From Lama glama (taxonomy: Eukaryota), in NCBI GenBank assembly GCA_028534125.1, contig CM052816.1, positions 50,346,001 to 50,410,000 on the forward strand: a stretch of DNA of 64,000 nt. The letters run 5' to 3'. Both the position numbers and the translations under genes were made by a program. Below, piece after piece: positions 1-11,964 of the stretch (position 1 is its first letter; each line of letters begins with the position of its first letter). The notes below the pieces were generated by a model that did not search any database, was not told the origin of the DNA, and worked only from the letters and a program-made list of their open reading frames with translations.

Positions 1-1645
1 AGTCATCTATGAGGGTTGGAATCAACCTCTTCCAAACTCCTGTGAATGCTGATATTTTGACAGCTTCCCATGAAACACAATGTGCTTAACAACATCTAGT
101 ACGCTGAATCCTTTCTAGAAGATATGTAACCTACTTTGCCCAGAACCATCAGAGGAATCACTATCTTTGGCAGCTATATCCTTATGAAATGTATTCCTTA
201 AATAATAAGACTTGAAAGTCAAAATGACTTCTTGATATAGGCTGCAGAATGGAGGCTGTGTTTGCAGGCATGAAAGTGACATTAATCTTCTTGTACATCT
301 CCGTAAGAGCTCCTGGAATACCAGGCGCATTGTCAATGAACAGTAATATTTTGAAAGGAATCTTTCTGAGTGGTAGGTCTCAACAATGGGCTTAAAATAT
401 TCGTAAACTAGATGGTAGATGTGTTACCTTTCCAGACTTTACTGCTCCATTTACAGACACAGGCAGAAGTAGATTTAGCATAATTCTTAAATGCCCTAGT
501 TTTTTCGGAATTGTAACTGAGCACTGGTTTCAAGTTAAAGTCACCAGTTGCATCAGCCCTTACCTAACAAGAGAGTCAACCTGTCCTTTGAAGCCTTGAC
601 GCCAGGTATTGACTTCTCCTCTCTAGCTATGAAAGTCCAAATAGTATATACTTCCAGTATGAGGCTGTTTTTTCTACATTAAAAATCTGTTGTGTAGTGT
701 AGTCACCTTCATTAATGATCTCAGCTAGATCTTCTGGCTAACCTGCTGCAGCTGCCACATCAGTACTTGCTGCTTCACCTTGTAACTTCACATTTGTAGA
801 CGGCTTCTTTTCTTCAACCTCATGAACCAACCTCTGCTAACTTCACACTTTCCTTCTGCAGCTTTCACATCTCTCTCAGACTTCACAGAATTGAAGAGAG
901 TTAGGTCCTTAGTCTGGATTAGGTTTTGGCTTCATGGAATGTTGTGGCTGGTTTGATCTTCTATCCAGACCATGAAAACTTTCTTTTTATCAGCAATGAG
1001 GCTGTTTTGCTTTCTTACCTTTTGTGTGTTCACTGGAGTAGTGATTTTAATTTCCTTCAGGAACTTTTCACTTTTACATTCACAGTGTAGGTGTTTGGTA
1101 CAAGAAGCTCAGCTTTCAGCCTACTTCTGCTTTTGACATGCATTCCTCACTAAACTTAATCATTTCTAGCTTCTAATTTAAAGTGAGAGATAAAAGACTC
1201 TTCCTTTCACTTGAACACTTAGAGGCCATTTTAGGGTTATTTATTGGCCGAATTTCAACAGTATTGTTTCTCAGGAAATAGAGAGGCACAAGGAGAGAGA
1301 CAGAGATGGGGGAACAGCTGGCCAGTAGAGCAGTGAAAACACACACATTTATTGATGAAGTTTGCAGTCTTAGATGGACCTGGTGTATAGCATCCCAAAA
1401 CAACTACTATTGCCTCAAAGATCACTGATCATAGATCACCATAACAAATACAGGAACAATGAAAATGTTTGAAATATTGTGAGAATTACCAAAATGTGAC
1501 TCAGTGTCATGAAGTGAGCAAATGTGATTGAAAAATAACTTGCTTTACACAGGGTTGTCACAAACCTTCAATTTGTTTAAAAAAAAAAAAAAGCAATACC
1601 TCAGAAGCACAGTAAAATGAAGCTCAATAAAACAAGATATGTCTG
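1..1645 (-). mobile_element. Tigger1 DNA transposon (TcMar-Tigger), 5' ~1.6 kb with decayed transposase; runs off the left window edge
   Basis: Minus strand reads MASKCSSERKS from the ATG at 1229, the Tigger1/TIGD1 transposase N-terminus. Resembles the recalled Tigger1 consensus throughout. TIR ends at 1645 followed by TA (1646-1647). The ORF is disrupted. Confidence 0.93.
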
Positions 1646-2629
1646 TATTCTAATACCATAGAGCAAGGACTCTGGTTGAACCTCATTACAGGTAGCAATG
1701 AAAGAGGAAGGAAGCACATGTCTGCTTAATTCAAGTCTCATAAATACAAGGATCTTTACTAAGAAGTTGTTTAGCACCCCAATACTTTCTGGTTGACAAC
1801 TTATATGGTCTTAAACCAAAGTACTTGTATTACTTTTACAATTTTGAGTAATATCTGTGGATTGTCTTCTGAAGTACTAGATTATTAATAAATTTATTTT
1901 GTGTTAAACTGTTAGTTTTATAGTTTCGTTTTAGTCACAATTCTGGCTAATCTGCTATTTATTTTCTATCTATTCATCATCCCGTTTATGCCAGTAATCA
2001 AGGGTTGACTGTAGTTGAATTCAAAGTAATTAGTTTCACTATATTCTCAGATTACTTCAGATGTGCCATGTGTCATCTGCAAGTATCACCAAAGTTTTCC
2101 CTAATTATGTCTGTAACCATTTTTTGAACTTGAAATTGCACTCATTTGAATCATTACTTCAAATCCTTCATTCTCAAATTGTTTACTCCACATAATATTA
2201 ACTAAATATAAGTATGAAGGTGCTGTTCTTTGTCTCTCTAATTGTATTTTCTGTTATGTTATTTGTAGGGTATTTTGGTAGATTATACTTGATTTTTACA
2301 AATTATTGCAGTGTAAAATTAAAATAATTTTAATTGATCTATTTAAGATTTGCCATGAAAGTAATCTCCCTTTTTTACAATTTGAAAGTATTGTAAATCA
2401 TTGCTGTTATTGTTTTTCTTACACTTTGTTATTATATTAACATAATTATAATCAAAGCTTTCTCAGAACATTTAGACATAACCAACATTTATATGACGTC
2501 TCCTTTATTATGTAATACCTGTTCTTACAAATGCATGTTTTGCTTTAATTTTATCCACAGTGAAATATAGTTGATATCTTTCTCTACATACAAATTGAAA
2601 AAAAAATCCTTCATTTTCCTTTACTGCTA

Positions 2630-3372
2630 AGGCAGCAATATAGATAAAGCATAGACTTTAGATTGTTACTACCCAGTTTTGACTCCCTTTTATACCACTT
2701 ATTATTATCTGTGATTCTCTGTGTCTCAGTCTTCTCATATATAAAATGAGAGTAAAAATACCAGCTATCTCATAGACTGAGTGGAAGTGTTAGTTAGATA
2801 AGTGGGGGCATCGGGCAGATAAAAGGTGGAGGAGAGGGAGGATGGTCTGGAAGATGACGTTGTGCCCACCTCCAGCATAAAGGGACTTTACTTCTTCTAA
2901 ATGAGTGCCAGCAAGAAACTGGTTAAAACCCAACAGCCAGGATTGTGAGGTAGCAGAAAGAACTTAACCTGACATGACCCAACAGTTCATTGTATTATAA
3001 TTAACATTATGGTGTAGCCCCCCTCCCACCAACATGGGTTTTCCTGTATACACCATGGGTGAGGACATGCGCAAAAAGGGCCAAACACGTCTAAGCATTC
3101 CAGGGACAAGAGCCATCAATCAATCAAAAAACCACCTCTAAGCACGGATATAAGAGAAAGGGGAGGTAAAAAGCGCCGCTTTTCCTCCCTTGGATCAGCC
3201 CACCTCTGGTTCTTGGAGGGGTACTTTTCCTTTTCAAAATAAATTTTAAAATCTTTCCCTATACAATGCACCATCTCCTGACTGTAAACTTATCTTTTGG
3301 GTATGACAAGAACTGGGGTCTTTACCTTTTGGGGTAACAGAAGGATTAACTAAGGTAATGTGTGTAAAGCAC
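2630..3372 (+). mobile_element. MIR SINE split in two by the LTR insertion (halves ~2630-2787 and 3340-3372)
   Basis: MIR core tctcagtcttctcatatataaaatgag...atctcatag on the left continues as gattaactaaggtaatgtgtgtaaagcac on the right of the LTR. Confidence 0.8.
2788..3339 (+). mobile_element. Solo LTR of an endogenous retrovirus, probably ERV1 class
   Basis: 552 bp with TG...CA termini (tgttag...gtaaca). 4-bp TSD GAAG at 2784-2787 and 3340-3343. TATA-like TATAAG at 3149, AATAAA at 3238-3243, GC and CpG content above the flanks. Confidence 0.88.
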
Positions 3373-3434
3373 ACAAACCTATCCTCTGTTATATTTGCAG
3401 CTCAAACTAATGTGATTTTGGTAGTTAAAAACAA

Positions 3435-3575
3435 ACACACAAAACAAACCTGAATGATGAATGTATTAACTGAACTATGGTAATCCTTTTACAATGTATG
3501 GGTATCATCATGTTGTACACTTCAAATATGTTACACTTTTATTAGTCAGTCATACCTCAACAAAACTGAAAAACA
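3435..3575 (+). mobile_element. Old L1 3' end fragment (L1M class)
   Basis: Typical L1M 3'UTR terminus (ggtaatcctttacaatgtat...catgttgtacacttcaaatat...atacctcaacaaaactg) followed by an A-rich tail. Confidence 0.7.
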
Positions 3576-3689
3576 AACAAACAAAGAGAAAACCTCAAAC
3601 CAGGTAGTTTAAAGTGGTTGAAGACCATTAGTGCTCCTTGGTGGCAGAAGGAATGACAAATATTTTTTCAAGGAAAACACCTCCCTACT

Positions 3690-5000
3690 AGGTCTCAAAG
3701 AATTCTCACAAGTAATTTTCTAACAAAAATGAGTATCACACAGTAAAAACTGTCTTCAGTCTTAAGGAAACAGTTTCTACTGAAATAAGAAAAACAAACT
3801 GGTTTTAAAAATATCAGATATTGTAACTAACAGATCAATAAAATAACAATGCTTACTACATTTCTAAAAGATACTGTTAAGAAGAATAATGGACATTATA
3901 AACAATGATAAAGCAAATTTGAAAGGGAATCACATACAATTTCTAGAAATAAAAAATATAAAAATATAATATCTGAAATTCAAATTCAACAGCCAGACAT
4001 AACAGAGATTAGGCTCTCATATCTGAAGAGAGAATTAGTAACCTGAAACATAGACTAGAAGGAATATGCAGAAGTCAGCAGAGAAAGTCGAAAAGAGTAA
4101 GGTAGTCTAAACTAAGCATAAACTGAGCTCCAAAAGGAAGGGACAGAGTAAGACAGAAGGGAGAGTTGAAGAACTAATGACAGAGAAATTTTCAGAACCA
4201 ATGAAAGTAACAAATCATTCTCCTTAAAATTATAAATAACAAGCAAAATCATCAAAAAGAAATCCACACTTGGATGTATCATCATGGAACTTCAGAACAC
4301 CAAAGACAAAGAGGCAATCTTAAAAGCAGCCAGTGAAAAAAGGCAGATCAACCTCCCAAGGAATAATTTTGAGACTGTCAGCAAATGCTCAATTTCCCAT
4401 GAATTTAAATCTTTAGCATGTTGAAAGAAAATAACTGCTAACCCAAATTCTAGCTCCAGGAGAATTTTCTCAAGAGCAAAACTTAAATAAGGGTATTTTT
4501 CAACCCACTAAAAATTGAGAAATTTGCCTCTAGTAGAGTTTCATTTAAGGAAATTTTAAAGAATGTATTTCAGATAAATGGAAAATAATTCCAAATGGTA
4601 GTTTTAAGATGCAAGTAGTTTTAAATGCAAGAAGGAAAAAAAAAAAAAGAACAATGAAAGTTATAAATTTGTAGATAAATTTAAATATGAACTGGTTATA
4701 CTTACAAACTAATAATAAGAATGTCTTTTTTAAAAAGACAGAATTAAACTATCCCCAAATACACAAAAATAACACATAACTTTGTGGGATTTGGGGAATT
4801 TAAGGAATTAAAGTTTAAATGAATTAAAGCCATCCAAATATTGTGTTCTCTGAGAGGAACAAATGGGTACTTGATTGATTTTTATGCTTTCTTAAGTTAA
4901 GAAAACATGTTGGAATTTTAGAGTAGCCACTAAAAGAGAAACAGTATATTTCCTCCAAAGTAGTAAAAAGACAAAAGTTGAACAACAAAAACTATCAGAG
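3690..5000 (+). mobile_element. Ancient L1 remnant, ORF1 region
   Basis: A-rich, with a decayed ORF1 motif around 4260-4350 (catcatggaacttcagaacaccaaagacaaagaggcaatcttaaaagcagccagtgaaaaaagg). Confidence 0.7.
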
Positions 5001-6199
5001 GAGATTTTTAAAAAACAGTTAAATGAAATATACCAGAGAGATTTCCAAAATGTGAAGATATATAAAGGTAGAAATTAACAAATATGGACATTTAAAAGGC
5101 AATTTTTAAGGCACAAGTCTCTATGACTTCTAAGGAAAAGAAACTGAGTTATGGTGTCTTTTGTGTGTGTATGTATATTATATATAGATAATAGACATAT
5201 TTTTAAAGTATGTCTATGTTTAAAGTATTCTTGATCTCATGCTTTAATACCATCTAAAAGTTTAATAATCCTCGCTGGTAGATATTTCTTCACAACCAAC
5301 ACTCAAAAGCATAAACCCAGCATATTTCTGTTACCTGCGATTAACAGATACTTAAAATAGTTACATATTGGTATATTCACTCAGAAGACTCAGAAGAAAA
5401 TGTTCCTATCCCTAGACTTTTGAGGAAATTCAGTTCATAAATGCAAATGAAGCTTAAAATACTGGATGAAACTCTATTTTCTTTATAATTCTCATTTACA
5501 TGGAATTTGGCTAACACATCAAAGTACATCTAATTTAAATTTGAAAAAGTGAAGGTAAAGTTAATCTGTATAATTCTTTGGTATAGTACAAGCATTCTAT
5601 GTGGAAGAGGTTTCTCCATAACATAGCTTTCTCTCTGTTTTTGTTCATGGACTCAAAACCCACAGGTGGTATGAAGCATGATTTAAATTTAGGGGGGCTG
5701 ACACCTGGCTAGTGTAAATGAAGGTGATAAGAACAGCTATCACAGAGAATGCCATGGAGCCATGTTCTTGCCCAAAGAGTTCTTATTTCTTATAGTACCA
5801 ATTTACTTTTCATTTGCATGACTTATACAACAGGGTCATAATTAAGATGCAAGAAAATGAGGTTCATTCAAAGTCAAAGAGCATGCTGAAATACAGTGTC
5901 AGATAAGATGTATAGAACAGGCAAAGGGGTAAACATGGCTCCAAGGGACTTTATAAATTGTTTCTGTCAATCATTCTGGAAATCTCCCAAGCATTACATC
6001 AAATAAAGTCAAACTCAAGAGAGAGATGTAATGGATATAAGTTATACTTCTGGCAGAAAGCAATGCTAAATCTCACTGGTGCTGCTACTTGGAAAGAAGA
6101 GAAGAAGAGGAAAAGGAGATCAAGGTTACCCTTATTTGCTACTTCTCTCTTATCTCTCACTGGAAAGTATCAAACTGTATCTTGAAGCTGACATCATAT

Positions 6200-6800
6200 C
6201 ATCCCTTTCATCTCTCATCTGGATTACAGCCGCCTCTTAGCTGGTTTTCCAGAATTCCACTCTGGCCCACTTTCAATCAATCTACCACAGAACAGAAAAT
6301 GTGATCTTCTCACTATGTAAATCAAATAACGGAATTCACTGTTTAAAACCCTGAAAAAAATTTCCCAAAGCACATAGAATAAAATCCAAACTTCCTTATT
6401 TTGGCCTCTAGGCGCTGTATGATTTGACTGCTGCCTACCTCTCCAAGCAATACTCACCTCCACACCCACAGGGTGGGTGTCTGTGTGTGTTACTTCCTGT
6501 GCATGTTACTACCCAACCACGCCAAGTTTCTTCCCACCTTAGAGCCTCTGCAAATATCATTTCTTCCTCATGGAATATCTCACTTCTAGAAGCCTAGCTC
6601 CTTCTGTTTATATGCAGCTTAAATATTACTTGCCTGGAGACCTGCCTGACCACCTATCTCAACCCCTTGTTTATTTCCTTCTCAGCATATATCACAGTGT
6701 ACAGTTATTTTATATACTTCTTAACATTATGTAAAGTTACTCACCTACATGTAAGCTCTATGATGACAGAGAGGTATCTGTCTTTTCTGATGGTGTCTTT
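6200..6800 (+). mobile_element. L2 LINE 3' fragment
   Basis: L2-like motifs tttaaaaccctg...agaataaaatccaaactt and tgtaagctctatgatgacagag. Confidence 0.7.
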
Positions 6801-6879
6801 TTTGTGTATAATTTGTTATGACAGACATGGAAGGTAGATTATTCTACATGCACATAATTGTTTTTTCACTTTGAAACAA

Positions 6880-7165
6880 TAGGATGGTGTTAAAAAATAT
6901 TGCATACTAATGCATGATGTTTGATGAAAAAGTGGTCCTATGGTCAAATGATTCTTTGCAAGTGCTACTAACTATATATGTTCTTACTGAGGATTCACAA
7001 TGCACATCAGGATAATGAAAGCTTCCAGAAGTAAAGAAATCCTTTTACTTTTATTCAACCAATTGATTCCTGTATCTGTAGATTCTGCAAACTTCTTTAT
7101 TTCCTTTCTTAACATTTAATTTCTTGAGGTACTCGTGTTCAACATGAAAAACTTTTAGAAATGAT
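6880..7165. mobile_element. Degenerate hAT-Charlie-type MITE; subfamily uncertain
   Basis: Resembles old MER/Charlie internal sequence (ggtcctatggtcaaat..., gattcacaatgcacat) and the element at 9853-10078. Confidence 0.4.
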
Positions 7166-8479
7166 CCTACAGAGTTGCAGGGGAGAACTATCTGTGTATC
7201 AACTTTTCTCTCTACCTACCTAAATGGATTCAAGGATTTCACCACAGCACCAAATAGTGCTCCCCCCAAATCTCCTGCTCTATAAAAGTATCTTTTGAAA
7301 TGTTCCAAAAATACCTTAAACTGTCTAAAATGTTCTAAAACTGCCTGAGGTATTCTAAAAAGTTTCAAAGAAATGTCAGTAGTGGAACAAAAGCATTATC
7401 ATTAAAGTTAAGTAAATTTACATGATCTAATAATAAATCACTAATAACTGATGCATACCTAAAATTTAGCCCTAGACCTAGATTTTCTATTTTGTGTGTT
7501 TTATTTTTGATACATAGCCCTTTAACCATAACTATGCTAGTTTTATTCTTATTGTTGTCATGCTTATTATTATTTTATTTGTTTATTTTTTGGCTTGTGA
7601 CTTAATAAGGCAACCAGAAATCTTCTAAATTAATTCCTACAAACCTATTCAGGCAGAGTTTGCTGCTAATGGTAATCTCTGCCTATGGTTTTTATAGGCC
7701 ACACATATTCTTTGAAATAATGTATTACTTGGGTGTCCATTGCTCCTAAAACTTTTGTTTAGCCAGTTTACCGGAAATTTCACTGATAATCAGAAAATAT
7801 TTGGAGTACATGACTTTTTATAGCACCATATGGTGGAGATAAATTTCCATTGACAAAACTACTTTTATTACTCTGTTTTTGAAACATTTCCTAACTTCAC
7901 ATTTTTGGTTCAAAACACTAAAAATTTAAACTTTGAAATCCAACAATACTGATTTCTTTCGTTGCCCCCATTATCCTTTGATTATAATCCTTTGGCACAA
8001 AATACCATTTGAGCAGAAAAAGGTCTCTAAGTTCCTCCCGTGTACTCAGGGACTTCTGTAAATACACATGCCACTGGTTAGAGAACAAGTGCATCTGTGC
8101 GCCTGCCAGCAGATGCGACTAATTGTTAGCTGTGGTCATTTTCTTCTTGTCTCGTTTTATTCTTTAGTTCACAGAGTGTTTAAAGTCCTATGTATATCCG
8201 TTTATGACAAAAGGAGAAAAAGATGAAAGTGAAACATCTTTGAACATTTTGGAAAAAAGATTTAAAGAATCAAACAGATAATAATGACATTATTAATATC
8301 TGCAAGTTTTATCAATAAAACCAACTTTAAAATACCTACATACTTGTTGTTTTTATAGTGTTAATTTAAAAGAAACTTTTGTAACCTAGTGTCTGTTCAA
8401 AACCAGAATTGCTTCTGTAGTTACACATTCCTGTATATTCTGGCTGTTTTCTCAGGAAATCTGCTGTAAAAACACATTC

Positions 8480-8860
8480 ACTCACTCATTTCTTAATTCA
8501 ACAACTATCTCATGTACATCTAACACTCAGTGTACAAGTATCCTGCTAAGTGCCATGGAATACAGAAGGCGCGGGTGTCCTACATCAGCATTCAAGCAGC
8601 TTAAAAACTGAGCATGGAGGTCAGACACATACATAAATGCCAGGCAAAGTGGGTTAAAAATTAGATGATGTGCTCAATAGCCTACAAACTCAAAGAGGAA
8701 AGACAGTGCATGTGATTTCCAGGAACATCTGGTAGAAGAGGTGACTTTTGAAGGCTAGGGCGACAAGTGGGAAATAAGAAATTTCAACCAGAGAGAATAG
8801 TTTGGGCAAAACAAAAACAAAAGTGAAGAGATGAGAAATCTTTGCAGAATTTCAGTCTAA
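8480..8860 (-). mobile_element. L2 LINE fragment
   Basis: Begins with cattcactcactcatt...ttcaacaa, the reverse of the L2 3' tail, then purine-rich L2 body. Confidence 0.6.
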
Positions 8861-9852
8861 TTTGAGAAATTTGGTAGGATTAGGAGATAGGGTTGTGGAG
8901 GTCTGGTCATGGAAAAAGACATCGTTTTCTTTGGGAAGGGAGGGGAGAAGCTATGGTGACACAGAAAGGAACATGACTGGTGACAAATAGCAAGGAGTGG
9001 AGAATATCTTCTACTGGGTCCATGACAAGAGACAGTCTCTGGTGTGGTGGCCCAGGAATGGAGCCAAGGAAAGAACAACTCAGCCAGCCTACAAAAAGGG
9101 AGTTCCATATCCTCATTTACATTTTAAATTATAATTGTTAAATTATATTGAGCAAGAAATGAGCCTATAATAAATCTCACTGTTATTTCTATTATTTATG
9201 ACAACTGAAACTAGTTCTACCCACATTGCTAAATATTGAGTTTAAAAAGATCACTTTATTCTGTTATTAAACTTACAGCAAATAAAGGTTTAATTTCCTT
9301 GTGAACTAAGAGAAAACCAAAATATATTTTTGTCAGTTAGTCCAGAAAATAAAAGACACACATTTGATGAAATTGTGAATTTATGAAAGTATAATTCTGC
9401 TAATGTGTTATTCATCAAACAACTAAGCCAAAAAAAGGAGGGGGGCAGGCAGAGAATTGCCTGTCAGTGCAGTCAGTTCAGTGGGATGTTAACTAGCCTG
9501 TAAGAAAGAGACTAAGAAAAGTGTACTGCTGTGTTTAACTTGCAGTATTCTAAATTAACTTCATTTACAAAAAGAAATTAAATCATTTCATTAATTTTGG
9601 AAATATGGAACTATTCAAAATGTCATTTATATAAGTAAAATAATGCCATTTCATTACCATAAGGTGAACAGTGGGAAAGTTAAATGAATATTTAAAGGTT
9701 TACTTCAGATTAGGTACTGGAGCTTAAGTTTGTGGGTAATGAATATTACAAAACCCTCTGAATTCCTCAGCAGAAAAACATTCAGTCAATCCCAAGTATT
9801 CTGGGGGATACTTACTAGAATTAGTAATAATTGTAAATAGAAAGTGCTCTCT

Positions 9853-10078
9853 GCAAGTGTTTTCCAAAGTCCCATGAGACACTCCAGTAAAACGTGTTCT
9901 AAATTCAAACACATTTGGGAAATGTTGGTTCAATAAGGCTAACATGCAAAGGTTCACTGTAAATCTCAGGGAAGGGCTACAGCCTGCAAAGTTTCCCCAA
10001 AGCACATGGCTAGGGAATCTGTTATTTGCCAGACACTTTTTACCACTTCAAGGAACAAACCCTGAGATGCTGCTCTAT
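9853..10078. mobile_element. Degenerate hAT-Charlie-type MITE
   Basis: TIR-like ends (caagtgttttccaaagt... / ...ctgagatgctgctcta) and internal tttgggaaatg motif. Confidence 0.45.
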
Positions 10079-11964
10079 GAGAAATGATGGAATTCACCTT
10101 TTCCTACATACTTCGGTAGTTTCACTTCACGTTTATCTTCTTCACAGGAGGCCCTCAAGTCTCACATCTTGCCCTATACCTCATATATAAAATTATATAT
10201 ATACACATATATAGTGTTGCATTTATATAAATAGAAAAATTTAAATATGTATATATGTTTCATATCTATCTACTGATCAAAATTTACCCTCCCTGAGCAA
10301 TGCCCCACGTTCCAGCTGTTTTCTCCTTTTCTTTCTACCAAGTCAAAAGTCTCAACACTCAGCACCTCCAAAACAGTAGTCACAGGAGAGCACCTAATAA
10401 ATTCAGATGGCTTGGCAGATAAAGTTGGTAAGTAATCAGGTGTATAGAAAATTTAAAGAATACGTCTAGCTGTCTTAACCGAAAGAAATAAGCCATGAAC
10501 AGTATTGTAGCACAAGGGTGGATGAAGGTTGAGGGTGGGTAAAGTATGAGGGAAGATGTTCTATTCTGCAGACCCAAAAACTATTCTATATAAGCATCTA
10601 TCCATCTTGCTTGCATGTTAAGTCCAGTAATAGATTTTTATTCAAGGAAAGCATTACTATTCTACTTTGGGGAAAATATTTACATTTTTCATTGTTATTC
10701 TTCAACCTTCCCAACACAAAATAAAGAAAAAGCAATAAAGAAAGGAAACTCAGGCAAAAGTCATTACAGGAAAAAGACAAATCTCTTAAAAAATATACAT
10801 TTAATAAATTTTACAACTGCATAATCTTAGTGTGAACTATGACATGGAATTATGTAATTAATGAGCTGAAACTACTCTTAATAAGGACCTCATCCAATAT
10901 TCTCACTTATGGATGAAATTTTAAAAGGAAGAAAGAGTAATAAATGAATTTAAAGTAACAAAAACCTACAGCCTAACCAGGGCTTAAAATCCAGATCTTC
11001 CAACATTTTGTCCCTTAGGCTTTCCAACTTATCAGAGTGCCTCCCTCATTTCTGCTTTGTTTTTTTGAAAACCTTCATACATTGCAGAAAGAAAAAAAAA
11101 AGATATACTAATATACTCTGTGTTTGTGTTCAACATACTTAAATGTGTAGAGATTAAAAGCTACCGGCAATGTTTATTTTCTTTCTATCTGGATTTATTC
11201 ATATTCATCTGCTGACTTTGAAGTCTTGACAACACACATATAATCTACCTAAACTGAATGAACACAAAACACAACAAAGTAATAATTTTGTGAGTGTACT
11301 ACATTTCCCCTTCAAAAGTGACACTGTTATTATCATGCCTAAGGAAGAGAACATCTTTACCTGCCAACATTCATGAGGGGCGGTAATTTTGCAGCATTTT
11401 ACAAATCTCTAAATAGTGAATGTTGACAAAAGGATAAAAATGCAGTTTATTTAGATTAGGGAACAGAAAACTGTGCAGAACTTAGATTTCTTTGTACTAA
11501 TTCAAAAAATCTCTACACTCTCTGAATTACTACACAAGTTCTTAAACAAGAAGTCACAAATTAATGAAAATTTTCCTTTTATGCAAGTAATAAAGTGAAA
11601 CAGATTCTTTCCAATTATTTTTCAATCAAGAAACTGCCAGCTTGAGCCTTAATAATGTGCTTTTTAAGTGTCCTAGTAATAAAGATTTATTTTTAGCAGA
11701 AAATCTTTGTAAATCGCATGGTACAGAATATAATCAGAGTACTTGGAATGCAGTAATCATGCAATAAATATTTACAAAATGAACAAAATATAGATAGACA
11801 TTTCAGTCTGGATTTTCTTAAGTAGAATTAATAAAAGTATCCACTTTATATCATTCTATATAATGTATACAGAATTCCAATTTTATAAATTCTCAGTTGT
11901 ACAAACTGAATTTAGTCAAGAATATTTCAGTTCTCCATTTGCTTATAGGTTAGTAAATTTAATG

